A stretch of DNA of 62,756 nucleotides, counting the filler. It is 7 parts of 7 records of this genome, joined end to end, with 100 filler letters (N's around TTAATTAATTAA, not from the genome) between each part and the next. Parts side by side here need not be neighbours in the genome. Positions count along the whole stretch, not along the records: positions 47,954 to 53,575 come from SRR31156797_7940; positions 53,676 to 62,756 come from SRR31156797_7959; 5 more parts are not named here. The stretch is one strand, 5' to 3'. This document shows, in pieces, positions 48,719 through 61,100 of this stretch. The translations under genes were made by a program, and so were the position numbers. The notes beneath the pieces were generated by a model that saw only the letters and a list, made by a program, of their open reading frames with translations, did not search any database and was not told where the DNA came from. The first letter of the stretch is position 1; every line of letters begins with the position of its first letter.

Positions 48719-50542
48719 ATGACGACAAACCAAAAAAGCGAAATAAGAACAATGGGAAACAGCGAACTCGTTTTTGCCGAAGAGGATGCCAATGGTTCGC
48801 CCCAGGAGCTCTCTTCAGATCCCTGGAAAATAATGATCATCGACGATGAGCCGGATATCCACGATATAACGGCCATGGTTCTTGGCGACTTCACCTTTGA
48901 CAACAGGGGCATTACGTTCCTCAACGCCTATTCCGGCAGCCAGGCCGTGGATCTTCTGGAAAGGAACCCGGATACGGCCCTGCTCCTGGTGGACGTGGTC
49001 ATGGAGACCGAGAGCGCCGGCCTCGACCTGGTCCATCATGTCAGGGAAACCATGAAAAACCATGTGGTCCAGATCGCCATCCGCACGGGCCAGCCCGGCC
49101 AGGCACCCGAATCGGATGTGGCGTCCCGCTACCAGATCGACACCTATAACGCCAAAACCGAAATGACGGCCCCAAAGCTCATCTCCCTTGTCACCATTGC
49201 CCTTCGAACATACCGGCTCTCACACGCCCTTGAGCAGGAACTTGAAAAACGCAGAAGAGCGGAGCTCAAACTGCAGCGGCTCAACCAGGAGCTGGAAGAA
49301 CTCAATCGAACCCTGGAAAAACGGGTGGAAAAACGAACCCTGGCGCTTAAGGAGTCCAACCGCAAGATCCGGATCATGGCCGAAAAAGCGGAACAGGCCA
49401 ACCTGGCAAAAAGCGAGTTCCTGGCAAACATGAGCCACGAGATCCGCACCCCAATGAACGGAATCATCGGCATGGCGACCATACTGCTCCAGGAGAATCT
49501 CACCCCCCTACAGAAGGAATATACCGAGGTAATTTCCAGCTCGGCAGACGCGCTTCTGGCCATCATCAACGACATCCTGGATTTTTCCAAAATCGAAGCC
49601 GGCGAAATGCGGCTCGAAAAGCGGCGCTTTTCACCGTCCCACACCCTTAAAAGCGTCATGGCGCTCCTGAAGGTAAAGGCGGATGAAAAGAAACTCAGCC
49701 TCACCACCCGGATCGCTGAAGACGTTCCCGAATTCCTTGTGGGAGACGAAGGCAAGGTTCGACAGATTCTCATCAACCTTGCCGGCAATGCTGTCAAATT
49801 TACCAGCCGGGGGAGTGTAAGCATCCGGGCCTCCGCCAGGGAGCACCGGGAGGAAACAACCGTGCTGGCCTTTGAGGTTAAGGACACCGGCCCCGGTATC
49901 CCGGAAGAGTTCCAGGGAAATATCTTTGATAAATTTTCCCAGGCAGACACCTCCGTCACCAGGACCTTTGGCGGCACAGGCCTGGGTCTTGCCATCTCAA
50001 AACACCTTGCCGAGATGATGAACGGAAAGATCGGGGTGGAGAGCCAACCGGGAAAAGGATCCCTCTTCTGGGTGCTCCTTGAACTTGACAACGATGAAGA
50101 AACAACAGACGGCCCGGAGAAGCCCGGGGATCCGGACAAGGTCCCGGAGCGCCCCGGCGTGGACCCGGAAACGGTTCGCATCCTCCTTGCCGAAGACAAC
50201 CCGGTCAACCAGAAGATCGCACTTATCATGCTCAAGCAACACGGTTTTTCCGCAACGGTGGCGAACAACGGCGAAGAGGTGCTGGAACGGTTGAAACAAG
50301 AGCCCTACGACCTCATTCTCATGGATATTCAGATGCCGGTTCTGGACGGAATCGAAACGGCCAGGATCATCCGGGACCCGAACTCGGAGGTCTCGTGCAA
50401 AACCATTCCCATCATTGCCATGACAGCCCATGCCATGAAAAATGACCAGATGCGTTGCCTTGCCGCCGGCATGAACTCCTACCTTGCCAAGCCCATCAAT
50501 GCGAAGAAGCTTATCACCATGATCCAGAACGTCCTTCAATAA
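48719..50542 (+). CDS. Cytoplasmic hybrid kinase REC-HisKA-HATPase-REC
   Basis: IDDE...[33 protein letters not shown]. Confidence 0.9.
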   Translation: MTTNQKSEIRTMGNSELVFAEEDANGSPQELSSDPWKIMIIDDEPDIHDITAMVLGDFTFDNRGITFLNAYSGSQAVDLLERNPDTALLLVDVVMETESAGLDLVHHVRETMKNHVVQIAIRTGQPGQAPESDVASRYQIDTYNAKTEMTAPKLISLVTIALRTYRLSHALEQELEKRRRAELKLQRLNQELEELNRTLEKRVEKRTLALKESNRKIRIMAEKAEQANLAKSEFLANMSHEIRTPMNGIIGMATILLQENLTPLQKEYTEVISSSADALLAIINDILDFSKIEAGEMRLEKRRFSPSHTLKSVMALLKVKADEKKLSLTTRIAEDVPEFLVGDEGKVRQILINLAGNAVKFTSRGSVSIRASAREHREETTVLAFEVKDTGPGIPEEFQGNIFDKFSQADTSVTRTFGGTGLGLAISKHLAEMMNGKIGVESQPGKGSLFWVLLELDNDEETTDGPEKPGDPDKVPERPGVDPETVRILLAEDNPVNQKIALIMLKQHGFSATVANNGEEVLERLKQEPYDLILMDIQMPVLDGIETARIIRDPNSEVSCKTIPIIAMTAHAMKNDQMRCLAAGMNSYLAKPINAKKLITMIQNVLQ

Positions 50543-50714
50543 ACGGGATCAACAAAGCTATCGCCGTCCCCCTTAAGCAAAGCATACTTTCGCAAATCAA
50601 CAAAAACTGCGACATTACTATTAAATCCAACTCAAAATATAGTAAAAAATAAATGTTTAGTTATTTAATTACTACTATTGACATATTTTCAACAATCGGA
50701 TACCACACTAACAG

Positions 50715-50740
50715 CCGTTGTGCCAACATTGACACAACGG
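50715..50740. promoter_or_regulatory. ModE-box-like palindrome
   Basis: CCGTTGTGCCAA-CA-TTGACACAACGG (11/12 arm match), upstream of a ModE-type gene. Confidence 0.6.
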
Positions 50741-50824
50741 GTCAATTAATTGTCATCCCCGATATCCGGAGAACTGGATTGGCCCCTTTTCCGAATATCC
50801 TGGAAAATTTCAAGAGAAATGCCA

Positions 50825-51199
50825 ATGACGGAAAAAAAAACAGAGCAGCTATTCATACGCTCAAAAATCTGGATCGAGGACGAAGGCGGAAAAGTCGTGT
50901 TCGGACTGGGAAGGCTGAAGATCCTCGAGGCTATCCACAGGCTCGGCTCCCTCAAGGCTGCGGCCAAAGAATTAAAAATGAGTTACCGGGCACTCTGGGG
51001 CAGAATCAAGGCCACGGAAGAACGCCTTGGATTTCCCCTGATTGTCTGCAGCAAAGGCGGCGCCTCCGGCGGGGGATCACAGCTGATGCCGTTTGCCCTG
51101 GAACTTGTTGAACAGTTCAGGCAGCTCCATAAAAATGTGGTGATTCAGTCAGATGAACTTTTTGAAAAAGGACGCGGATACCGCAAACATACCATATGA
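50825..51199 (+). CDS. ModE-type winged-helix regulator lacking TOBE domains
   Basis: KIWIE...FGLGR..ILEAI...GSL..AAKELKMSYR..W, GG..GGGS.L. Confidence 0.85.
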   Translation: MTEKKTEQLFIRSKIWIEDEGGKVVFGLGRLKILEAIHRLGSLKAAAKELKMSYRALWGRIKATEERLGFPLIVCSKGGASGGGSQLMPFALELVEQFRQLHKNVVIQSDELFEKGRGYRKHTI

Positions 51200-51873
51200 A
51201 AAATCCCATTGAAGAATCAAAGTCCGGACGCCCCTCTGACCTGGCCCCATGGTGCCGGGACCACAAAGGAACGGTCTATACGTTTGAGGAATATCTTGAT
51301 TTTATCAACGCCTTCCACGGATATCCCGCCCCCGGCCTGATCATCGGCGGCAAAATGGTTGATGTCGCCCTTGGACAGATTCCCAAGGGGATCCTGTTCG
51401 ATGCCATCAGTGAAACCTCCTACTGTCTTCCCGATGCCGTACAGATGCTGACCCTATGCACCATCGGAAACGCATGGCTTAAGGTTGCCGACCTGGGACG
51501 GTTTGCCCTGACCCTTTATGATAAATATGACGGAACCGGGGTTCGGGTTTTCCTGGACCCCGCCAAAATGAAACCCTGGCAGGAAATCATGACCTGGTTT
51601 TATAAACTCAAGCCCAAACCCGACCAGGACACGCCGCTTCTGCGGGAACAGATCAGAAAAGCGGGGTCGGATCTTCTTTCCATCCGGGAAGTTCAGGTGC
51701 ACCCCCGTTTTCTTGAAAAAAGGGAAAAAGGAAAAACCATTGACTGTCCCAGGTGCGGAGAAGCCTTCCCCGGTAAACACGGCGCCATTTGCAGGGGATG
51801 CCAGGGTGACGCCCCGTATATTGGCGGGCCGAAACCGGTCCCAGCACCGGTTAAAGCCCCTGGTGAAAGGTAA
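51196..51873 (+). CDS. FmdE/FwdE-family protein with C-terminal Zn finger
   Basis: FHGYPAPG, CLPDAVQ..T.CT.GN, CPRCGE...CRGC; ATGA coupling to the upstream gene. Confidence 0.85.
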   Translation: MKNPIEESKSGRPSDLAPWCRDHKGTVYTFEEYLDFINAFHGYPAPGLIIGGKMVDVALGQIPKGILFDAISETSYCLPDAVQMLTLCTIGNAWLKVADLGRFALTLYDKYDGTGVRVFLDPAKMKPWQEIMTWFYKLKPKPDQDTPLLREQIRKAGSDLLSIREVQVHPRFLEKREKGKTIDCPRCGEAFPGKHGAICRGCQGDAPYIGGPKPVPAPVKAPGER

Positions 51874-51898
51874 TCCGCCCTGCCCGGTGACAATCAAA

Positions 51899-51932
51899 CG
51901 TAATCCGTGTCCGTAACCGTACACGGATTACC
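51899..51932. terminator. Hairpin between convergent fmdE-like and fdhE genes
   Basis: GTAATCCGTGT...ACACGGATTAC. Confidence 0.55.
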
Positions 51933-51972
51933 CGTCATTGCAATGATCTGCCATCTCCGCCAGCGAGAAATG

Positions 51973-52887
51973 TTATTTCAATGAATTCCAAGGCGTTGAA
52001 GCAAGGGGCGCGTATCCTTTCTGCTGGGCAAGCATATCCAGGGGAATCATTCCCATGGCTGCCACATCCATGTTGACCGGATCAATCCGTTCGCGAAGAT
52101 CAATGGTCAGCAGATAAGAACGGCACTCGTTGCACACATCCACACGTTCACCGGCCTTTACCGGACTGTTCCGGTCAAAAAAATATTCATGCCTGGTGTG
52201 ATCGCTGTCATTGCACCTGGGACAGGTATGCCGGTTGAATCTCCATTCATGACTGCAATTGGCGCATTGCAGCCAGCGCTTTCCTCCTTCACCGGCAAGC
52301 CCGGCAACGGCGGCATGGGACCCGCAGATGGGACAATAGCCGTGGAGCCATTGATGTCCCTCCGTCAACGGGGCAAACACCTCTGCCTGCATCTCCATGA
52401 ACGGCTTGACCAGTTGTCCCAGCACAAACTGAAAGACCTGAAAAAATGCGCCCGTTTGCTCCGCCTGTTTTTCCAGGATCGCCTGCTGATCATTCACAAA
52501 GGCCCGGACGCATTCCCGGGTATCGATCACATGGGCGGCAAATCCTCGTTCTATCTTTTCAAGGTCTTCCCGGATGCCCGCAAAGGCGCTTTTCATGGGG
52601 GGTAAAAGGCACGGGATCACCCCTTCGAAATCATCCTGAAAATCGACCATCCCGATACTCGCAAATAAAGGCTCTCCCTGGGCAAAACCGGCAGCATCAA
52701 AGTCAAACGATTCCCCTTTGACACTTTCGGGCAAGGGGTTTTCTTCCTTGAAGGCGGCTTTTGCAAGCAGCAGGGGACCGAATGCCGTCACGATGTTATC
52801 CAACTCCGGTCTAGCCCCGGCCAGGTTTTTCAGGGCTTTTTCGATCCCCCCGACGGACCGGTCATGCCTGATACGTTCTTTACTCAT
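51973..52887 (-). CDS. fdhE: Formate dehydrogenase accessory protein
   Basis: CPICG, CANC..EW...R..CPRC, CNECRSY, LD..AQQKGY. Confidence 0.9.
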   Translation of the reverse strand: MSKERIRHDRSVGGIEKALKNLAGARPELDNIVTAFGPLLLAKAAFKEENPLPESVKGESFDFDAAGFAQGEPLFASIGMVDFQDDFEGVIPCLLPPMKSAFAGIREDLEKIERGFAAHVIDTRECVRAFVNDQQAILEKQAEQTGAFFQVFQFVLGQLVKPFMEMQAEVFAPLTEGHQWLHGYCPICGSHAAVAGLAGEGGKRWLQCANCSHEWRFNRHTCPRCNDSDHTRHEYFFDRNSPVKAGERVDVCNECRSYLLTIDLRERIDPVNMDVAAMGMIPLDMLAQQKGYAPLASTPWNSLK

Positions 52888-52979
52888 AGTTCAATTCCTT
52901 TTGCAGGAAAGGCCGCGCCACAAACCGGGGAGCGGCCTTTTACGGGATGCAGGCGGTTCACCCGCATCCCTTGCGGTAA

Positions 52980-53575
52980 TTATGCTTTTGACGTTGCTGC
53001 CCGGAGGGGCGCAGCAAGTTTTGCCAGAAACTCTTTCCGGCTCAAGGGACCTGGAACCGGCCTTGCGTCGGCGACCACATAATCATGGTAATGCTCGGGT
53101 TCATCCGTGATCAGATAGATCACATTGACCGAGTCCTCATCCACAAGCCGGGCCTTTGGGAATTCCTTTTTGACCACTTCAAGCCGCTCCCGGGCAAGCT
53201 TGAGCATCTCCTCCCGGTCACCGAAATTCATGGTGCCGGTGGGACAGGTTGCCACACACATGGGCAAAAGACCGTTACGCACCCGGCCATGGCACATGTC
53301 GCATTTGACGATGGCGCCCGTGGCGCTGTTCCTTCGGGGAATATCATAGGGGCAGGATTCACGGATCTCTTCAAAGGCCGACTGGGACAACTGCTTAGTC
53401 AACTCCGTGTAAATGATGGCCCCTGTCCCCTGGTCCTGGACCACCGCACCCTCGATGTAGTCATCCGCAATGTACTTGCAGGGGGGCTCGATGCAGTGGC
53501 GGCACTGGTCCGGGAAGAAATTCCAGACAACATGGTTCCGGTCGTTTTCCTGGCAATGCTCGTTGAAACGGACCA
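52980..53575 (-). CDS. fdhB: Formate dehydrogenase Fe-S (beta) subunit, 5' truncated
   Basis: WNFFPDQCRHCIEPPC upstream of the track ORF; CPYDIPR, KCDMC..R...G..P.C...CPTG. Confidence 0.85.
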
Positions 53576-53675
53576 NNNNNNNNNNNNNNNNNNNNNNNNN
53601 NNNNNNNNNNNNNNNNNNNTTAATTAATTAANNNNNNNNNNNNNNNNNNNNNNNNNNNNNNNNNNNNNNNNNNNN
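53576..53675. other. Artificial contig linker
   Basis: N44-TTAATTAATTAA-N44. Confidence 0.98.
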
Positions 53676-54420
53676 GACCGATGTTTCCATGGCTGGTGGC
53701 ATGATTATCCAAAATTTTGATATGGATGTGAAAAACAAGGGGGAATCTGTTTACGCCGGCACCACTAATTTTGGATTTTTTACGTCTGATGCCTTATCCA
53801 AACAAGTGGGAGTCCGGGAACCCGAGGCATTTTTGACCATTGAAAAAAATAGTCGACCATCTGACATCGTACTTGAAGATCATGCGCCCTTAACCCCGGA
53901 AGATCAAACTATCGGACCCAATACCGGAATGCCGGGAAAAGCCTTGAGAATGATAGACAAAATTACCTGCCTTGATTTAAAAGCCGGGCTGCACGGCCAG
54001 GGACTGATTCAGGGTGAAAAACAAGTGGACCCCGATGAGTGGTTCTTCCATGCCCATTTTTATCAGGACCCGGTCTGCCCGGGGTCGTTAGGCGTAGAAT
54101 CATTCCTCCAGTTGATCCGATTGTTCATGATCAAAAAATTCAATCTTAACCCGGAACTATTTGCCCCGGCAATTGTAGAAAACCATGAACACGAATGGAT
54201 ATACCGGGGACAGATCATCCAGTCGAACACAAACATCATTGTCCAGGCCCACATCAGTGCGTGCACCATGGACGAAACAGGTTGCCGGGCAACGGCTGAC
54301 GGTACACTGTGTGTAGATGGCATCTGTATATATGAAATGAAAAATTTTTGTTTTACTTTGCAGGCACTACCCGTTGAAACAAAAATAAAAAAAGAAAAAA
54401 AACTATCCAACAAATCCTGA
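53676..54420 (+). CDS. C-terminal FabA-like dehydratase domains of a PfaC-type iterative fatty acid/PUFA synthase
   Basis: AGGMIIQNF...GTTNFGFF pseudo-domain, then LRMID and EWFFHAHFYQDPVCPGSLG. Confidence 0.85.
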
Positions 54421-54454
54421 CAGGCCTTAAAGCACTTGCCCCATTTTGTTATAT

Positions 54455-54488
54455 CCGGGAGCGTGGGCGTTCCGCCCGCGCTCCCAGG
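54455..54488. repeat. GC-rich REP-like hairpin or terminator
   Basis: GGGAGCGTGGGCG-TTC-CGCCCGCGCTCCC within AT-rich surroundings. Confidence 0.6.
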
Positions 54489-54586
54489 TTAAGGCTTTTC
54501 GGGTCATAGGTTCTATGATTTTTCTTACTTCTATTGGTTTAAACCACAAAAACAACACATGAACAAGGAGTGGCTTCAACTTTTCA

Positions 54587-56917
54587 ATGATAAGAAGAAT
54601 GTGTAAAAAATGCTTTTCCAGAACAATACACCTGATAATGTCTCATCATATTATAAGTATTATTTTGTCAATTTTTGTGGCCATACCTTTTCTGATTCGG
54701 ATTCCTGATATCAAAATCGCCGATAATGTGGATTACTTCGCCACTGACAGCGATGCGAATGTTGCTTTTTATAAAAAGATGAAAACCGTTTTTGGCAATG
54801 ATGAATTCTTTGTCATCGCTTTTAAAAAAGAGAACCTGTTTACAAAAAACAATTTAGAATTACTGAATACGCTAACTGAAACACTCTCCAATATCACTGG
54901 AATACGGCAAGTTAAAAGCCTGTCCAATGTGACTGATACTATTTGCCATGAAAATACCATTGTTGTTAACAAATTTCTCAAAACTATACCTGATGATGCA
55001 AGTTTACTGGAAGAATTAAAACAAAAGGCGATTAAAAATCCCTTGTATCTGAAAAACCTGTTATCTCCGGATGGAAAAACAGCTGCCATTGTTATTTTTA
55101 TTCAGGACAAATTGGAAAATTCTAACTCTCGTAAAAAAATAATAGCAAGGGCCCAGGCCGTCCTTGAAACCAATAAGAAAGATCTTGGGAAATATTATAT
55201 TTCAGGATGGCCTGTTACCAATGTGGTACTTGCCCAATATATGAAAAAAGATCTTGCCGCATTTATTCCTATTACATATGGATGTATTATTTTTGCAGTG
55301 TTTGCATTTTTCAGAAATCTTCGGTTAACAATTGTCGCCATCGTAAACACATCTCTTTGTATGGGATGCACTATGGGGTTATTTCCTATATTCGGGTTTA
55401 CATTAAATAATGTGACCACAATTGTCCCACCAGTCGTCATAGCGTTGTCCTTGTGCGATACTGTCCACATTTTCTCCGGTCTGAGAGACTCCAAATTTGA
55501 AAAATACCAGGACAGGATAAAAAGATATCAAAAAACGCTCATAAAATTAGCAGCGCCATGTTTTTTAACGACATTAACAACCTTTATCGGGTTTTTATCA
55601 TTATATTTCAATGAGATTCCTCCTATCAAGGAATTTTCTCTTATTGCGGCAACCGGTATTGTATTTGAACTTTTTTTCGCATTCACATTTTTACCGGCAT
55701 TTATGCTTGTTTTTGACCAGGAAAAAATGATTTTATCCCATGGTCGTTTTTTTTCAAATACATGGGATACCACCAAGTGTGTCACATGGTTTTCAAATTT
55801 TCTTTATAAATATTGCCGGTTGATTTTCCTGACTGGCATCGTGATAATTTTCATATCCCTATGGCTGTCCACAAAGATTGTGGTAGATACGAACCTTTTA
55901 TATTACTTTAAACCTGACAATCCTGTACGGTACGCAGCAGAATTTATAGAAAGGGAGCTATCCGGAATCAATACGATTGATATCTCTTTTCAAATTGATG
56001 GGAATCAGCCATTTAAACAGCCTGCCAATTTAGAAATCATCCAATCTATCCAGAACGAAATAAAAAAAATCAAAGGAGTTGATAATACAATTTCCTTAGT
56101 AGACTTTCTCAAGGATATAAATAAAGCTTTCCACAATGAAGATCCCCATTTTCACCAAATCCCTGAAACCAGGTCTCTTATATCTCAATTACTATTGATT
56201 ACTGATTCAGAAGATATTAGGCATTTTATCAATACGTCTTTTGATCACGCCCGGATGTCTATTCGAACCTCCGAACACTCAACCAGAAATCAGGAGGTCC
56301 TCCTCGGACAAATCAAAAAAAGTATCAAAAGCATTGATAACCAGGGGATTACAATCACGCTTTCCGGTATTGTTCTTCAGGAAGTTAATATTATAAATGC
56401 ACTGGTAAAAGGACAGATTAACAGCCTTCTTGTTTCAGTAATCATTATAATGGGGATCATGATAGTGGTTTTAAGGCCACTGTCTTTATGGTTTTTAAGC
56501 CTATTGCCCAATATATTCCCACTTGCATTGAATTTCGGTATCATGGGTTTATTCAATATCCCTTTGAATACAGCAACAGCTCTCATTGCTTCTGTTGCCA
56601 TCTGTATTGCAGTAGATGACACCATTCATTTTTTGACAGAATTTAAAGTCAATATAGACAATAAAATGGACACTCAGCATGCTATTGAAAAAACGCTTTT
56701 CATAAAAGGCCGAGCAATTGTACTTTCGTCGCTGATTCTTGGACTTGGATTCGGTGTCATGGTGTTTAGTAAATTTGTACCAACCGTTAATTTCGGTGTA
56801 TTAAGTTCCTTAATCATGCTTACAGCTCTTATTGGTGATTTGCTGTTTTTGCCCGCAACTGCACTTGTATTTTCATCCACATTCAGCAGCAGAAAGGTTT
56901 TTTCTGAGATATCATGA
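54587..56917 (+). CDS. MMPL/RND-family lipid transporter
   Basis: Two 1+5 TM repeats; LSLCDTVH and IAVDDTIHF; TTLTTFIGFLSL. Confidence 0.88.
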   Translation: MIRRMCKKCFSRTIHLIMSHHIISIILSIFVAIPFLIRIPDIKIADNVDYFATDSDANVAFYKKMKTVFGNDEFFVIAFKKENLFTKNNLELLNTLTETLSNITGIRQVKSLSNVTDTICHENTIVVNKFLKTIPDDASLLEELKQKAIKNPLYLKNLLSPDGKTAAIVIFIQDKLENSNSRKKIIARAQAVLETNKKDLGKYYISGWPVTNVVLAQYMKKDLAAFIPITYGCIIFAVFAFFRNLRLTIVAIVNTSLCMGCTMGLFPIFGFTLNNVTTIVPPVVIALSLCDTVHIFSGLRDSKFEKYQDRIKRYQKTLIKLAAPCFLTTLTTFIGFLSLYFNEIPPIKEFSLIAATGIVFELFFAFTFLPAFMLVFDQEKMILSHGRFFSNTWDTTKCVTWFSNFLYKYCRLIFLTGIVIIFISLWLSTKIVVDTNLLYYFKPDNPVRYAAEFIERELSGINTIDISFQIDGNQPFKQPANLEIIQSIQNEIKKIKGVDNTISLVDFLKDINKAFHNEDPHFHQIPETRSLISQLLLITDSEDIRHFINTSFDHARMSIRTSEHSTRNQEVLLGQIKKSIKSIDNQGITITLSGIVLQEVNIINALVKGQINSLLVSVIIIMGIMIVVLRPLSLWFLSLLPNIFPLALNFGIMGLFNIPLNTATALIASVAICIAVDDTIHFLTEFKVNIDNKMDTQHAIEKTLFIKGRAIVLSSLILGLGFGVMVFSKFVPTVNFGVLSSLIMLTALIGDLLFLPATALVFSSTFSSRKVFSEIS

Positions 56918-58047
56918 CACAACAGATTTTTGTATTCAGTGATGTTCATTATGCAAGGAATTGGGATACAATTGATGCATGTCTAAAACAGCATCGTCAT
57001 AATGAAAATTATTTAAATCCCAACCGGGAATTAAAACGGTTTATTGATTTGGCCAACCAGACCCCCAACGTTGAAGCGGTCATTAACAACGGGGATGCTG
57101 TTGATTATCACTTCTGTGATTATACACCGTTATCAGGTCTGATTCTGCACAGGCAGATTCCCAACCGCCCCTCTAATCTGAACCTGTTTAACCGAGAGAT
57201 ACAACAGTTGCAAAAAAAATATATCAGCGTTCCCGGAAATCATGAATGTCGGACAGAAGCCTATAATTATTCTATTTGGGGAACTGACCATATCCATGTC
57301 CCCAAAAAAATATTAAAAAAATACAGACATCGGATCGGGCATCAGGCCTTTAGGGGGCCTTGGGAGCTATCTACCATAATGGTCAACGCGAAACGGCTTA
57401 GCTCTCATTCAAAGCGTGCCTCCATTTTGAAAAAAAGAGACATAAGACTGTCACAATATCATTGTATTTTTCTTGACAGTGGAAGTGATGCGTTTGTTAG
57501 ATCTGCCAATCTTCTTAAATACTTTAAACAACTTTTGCAAACCCGTACAATATCTTATGATTCTGACGGGTTGAAACAATCAGGTCTGGATTTTTTGACC
57601 CGAACTCTATCAAAAACAGCTGCGAATGACATTTTGATTTTTCAGCATGCCCCCTTGATCAATTCACGGGAAAGTAAAATCGGAAAATCATATCGCCTCT
57701 CCATAAATAGATTTGACGAACTGAGGCGTAGACAGAAAATTAATTATAGTACAATATTTAACGGTGGCGGGCGGTTGCTGAAAATCCTTCGGGATTCAGA
57801 TAAAAATATCGTTATTATTTCCTCCCATATTCACCAGGCAAAATATTTTTTAATCGATAAAAAAAGCTTAAAGGTTATGGAAGTGTCAAATGGTGAATTC
57901 AACAAATATAAAAATACCCAAGGAAAAATAAAGCATCTTACAACGATGCCCTTAGGGGTGGTGAATCTAAAAGACGGTGGCCGAAAAACAGGATTTTTAA
58001 AAATTTCCCCCAATGGATTTGAGGAAAAGGTGTTTAATAAGTTTTAA
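56914..58047 (+). CDS. Calcineurin-like metallophosphoesterase
   Basis: FSDVH, NNGDAVD, PGNHE, FQHAP, SSHIH; ATGA coupling to the MMPL gene. Confidence 0.8.
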   Translation: MTQQIFVFSDVHYARNWDTIDACLKQHRHNENYLNPNRELKRFIDLANQTPNVEAVINNGDAVDYHFCDYTPLSGLILHRQIPNRPSNLNLFNREIQQLQKKYISVPGNHECRTEAYNYSIWGTDHIHVPKKILKKYRHRIGHQAFRGPWELSTIMVNAKRLSSHSKRASILKKRDIRLSQYHCIFLDSGSDAFVRSANLLKYFKQLLQTRTISYDSDGLKQSGLDFLTRTLSKTAANDILIFQHAPLINSRESKIGKSYRLSINRFDELRRRQKINYSTIFNGGGRLLKILRDSDKNIVIISSHIHQAKYFLIDKKSLKVMEVSNGEFNKYKNTQGKIKHLTTMPLGVVNLKDGGRKTGFLKISPNGFEEKVFNKF

Positions 58048-58168
58048 TATAAAGCACACTACTCACAATATAAGTTTTATAGGTTGAGGTTGACATGTGT
58101 ACTGGCTTGCAGGATATTTGTTTAAAATCTAATCACCCGGGAAAATAAAGATCTTTAGGAAAAAATGA

Positions 58169-61100
58169 ATGACAGGAAAAAAAAGTCGGATAGCAATTGG
58201 CCTGGATATAGGTTCCTTATTTGTGAAACTGGTCATCCTTGAGAACAACAAAAGACCAATTCGATTTAAAAGTATTGCCCATCAAGGAAATATTTTTCAA
58301 GCCACAAGGTCGCTGGCACTGGAAAACAGGCAGTACTTCCAATCATCTTCGATCTGCCTTATTGGAAAACATGCCGGGCAAATCGCAAAATTCATGGGAA
58401 TTCAACCGGAGAGTCAGACTTCGGCCATCATTCATGTGATCAGGCAACAATTTAATGATATTCGGCAGATTATCGATATAGGTGCCACCTCTCTTTCCCT
58501 TATCGAACTGGATGAATCCGGTACACTTATCAATTACCAGACCAATACCCTTTGTGCTGCCGGGACAGGATCGTTTTTAGACGAACAGGCTGTTCGCCTC
58601 GGAATTGACCTTACAGGCTCATCAACCATTCCCTTTGTGGAAAATCCCCCACAAATGGCCACCCGCTGCGCTGTCTTTGCTAAAAGCGATCTAATCCACC
58701 GTCAGCAGGAGGGATGCAGTACTTTGGAAATGTGGAGCGGCATCTGCAAAAGTATTGCAGGAACGATTATCGCAACATTGTTTAAAGGTAGAAAACCTCT
58801 GGGCCGTACGGTTGTTATTGGCGGGGTTGCCAGAAATAACAACATGATGAAATGGTTAGGCCGCCAATTCGATAAAGGAATGATGGTAAGCGCTGATCAT
58901 CCCCAGGAAACCGGGGCCTGGGGTGCTGCTTTAATGGCAGAGCCCATGGAAGGATTTATCGACTGGAATCAGTGCATCCAAGTCTCCACTGGGAAAATGA
59001 AACAACGTCGGCCGCCCTTAATGCTACAACGGTCTCAATATCCTTCTTTCTGCGTAGAAACGGCATATGTTGATAATTATCAAAACGAGATTCGCATTAC
59101 CAAATGGCCGGAACAAAGAAAACTGAAAGGCTTTATTGGAATTGATGTGGGATCTACATCAACCAAACTGCTGATGATCAATCAAAACGAAGAAGTGATT
59201 CTGGATATATACAGAAAAACCGATGGCAACCCTATCAAAGCAACGAAGCATCTTTTAAGAACCCTACAGCATCTGGTAACGGATAAAAATTGTTCCATTG
59301 AAATCTTGGGAGCAGGCACAACCGGTTCCGGGCGAAAACTGATCGGGTCAATTATTAAAGCAGATTCAATAATCAACGAGATTACAGCCCATTTAAAGGG
59401 GGCAATGAAAATTGACCCTAAGATCGATACCATTTTTGAAATCGGCGGTCAGGATTCAAAATATATTCATGCGGTTAATGGGACTCTTCACAATGCAAAT
59501 ATGAATTATGTATGTGCAGCCGGAACAGGTTCCTTTATTGAAGAGGTAAGCAAAAAGACAGGGATTGATCTTCAATCCATGGGCGATAAAGTGATTGGGG
59601 TTGAAGCACCCATCACCTCTGACAGATGCACGGTCTTTATGGACCAGGATATAAGTAATCTGCTTAGACAGGGCTATACACCTCGGGAAGTCGCAGGAGG
59701 GATCCTTTATTCTGTGGCGCAAAACTATCTCACCAAGGTAGTAGGAAATCGTTATTATTCAAGAAAAAAAATTTTCTTCCAGGGAGCTACCGCAAGAAAT
59801 AAAGGGTTGGTTGCTGTTTTTGAAAACCTTTTAGATGTTGAAATTGTTGTATCTGAATACTGCCACGCTATGGGGAGCTTAGGCGCTGCTCTTATGGCTA
59901 AGCATAAAATTGAAAAAGAGAAGGTTGCAACCCGGTTTACGGGTCTTTATTTTTCCGAACAAAATACAAAAGTGAGATCTGAAACCTGTAATTTATGTTC
60001 CAATCACTGCCGTATAACGATTGCAAACATCGGTCATGGTAAAAAGGTTCAAAGTTGGGGATACCTCTGTGGCAGGGCTCCCCATGACAAACAGGCCAAA
60101 AAAAATAAAGGATTCCGTTTCTTCAAACAACGTGAATATCTCTGGAAAACCATCGGCGGTGAAAACCGGCTTCCAGATAATGCACCGGTTATATATTACC
60201 CACGAGCTCTCTTAAGCTTCAGCCACTATCCATTCTGGAGATCCTTTTTTTCTGGGCTTGGATACAGGCTTGTTCTTTCAAAAAAGACAGACCATCAGAT
60301 ACATCAACTTGCAACGGACTGGGTAGGGGGAGACTATTGTCATCCCGTCAAACTTGCACATGGGCATACTCGTTATCTGTTGGAAACTAAAAAAGAGGAT
60401 TTTATTTTCATTCCAAGCAGTATAAGTGATGAAAGCGAACAAAAAAAAACCAGTCAATCCTTTTTCTGCCCATATAATATGGCACTTCCTGCACTAATCT
60501 CTTCAGCTACTCAAATAAATGGTCAGGATGAAACGCGGTTGCTCATTGCTACAATTGATTTTCGCTGGGATGCAAAGACAGCAGTTAACAGATTAACTGT
60601 AGAGCTTGGAGAAAAACTTAAAAAAAGCAAAAAAGATATAAGCCGGGCCTTTGGCGCTGCCTTGAAAATAAAAAAACGGTTTGAACAAACCATCAGTGCC
60701 GCTGGGAAACAAGCCTTGGGGGAGAGCTATCTTTTAAAGAAACCTGCTGTTGTTATTCTTGGAAGACCCTATAATATTTTTGATTCCGGTGCCAATCTGG
60801 CTTTACCTGAGAAATTGGCCAATCTTGGATTTACTGTTCTCCCACTTGATTTTTTAAATCTTGAGGCGGTAGATATAGGCAAAGAATTTTATAACATGTA
60901 TTGGAATTTTGGCAAAAAAATTCTGGAGGCAGCACGGATTATTGCCTGCACCCCCAATCTTTATGCTGTTTATCTTAACAATTTTGGTTGTGGTCCGGAC
61001 TCATTTATTCAGACATATGTAGAAAAAATCATGGGAAATAAGCCGATGTTGATGCTGGAACTTGATGGGCACGGGGCTGATGTCGGATACATGACACGCA

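Noticed and set aside
29423-53627. Many other overlapping short or antisense ORFs in the GC-rich contigs
   Set aside because: They overlap well-supported genes and have no recognisable motifs or RBS.
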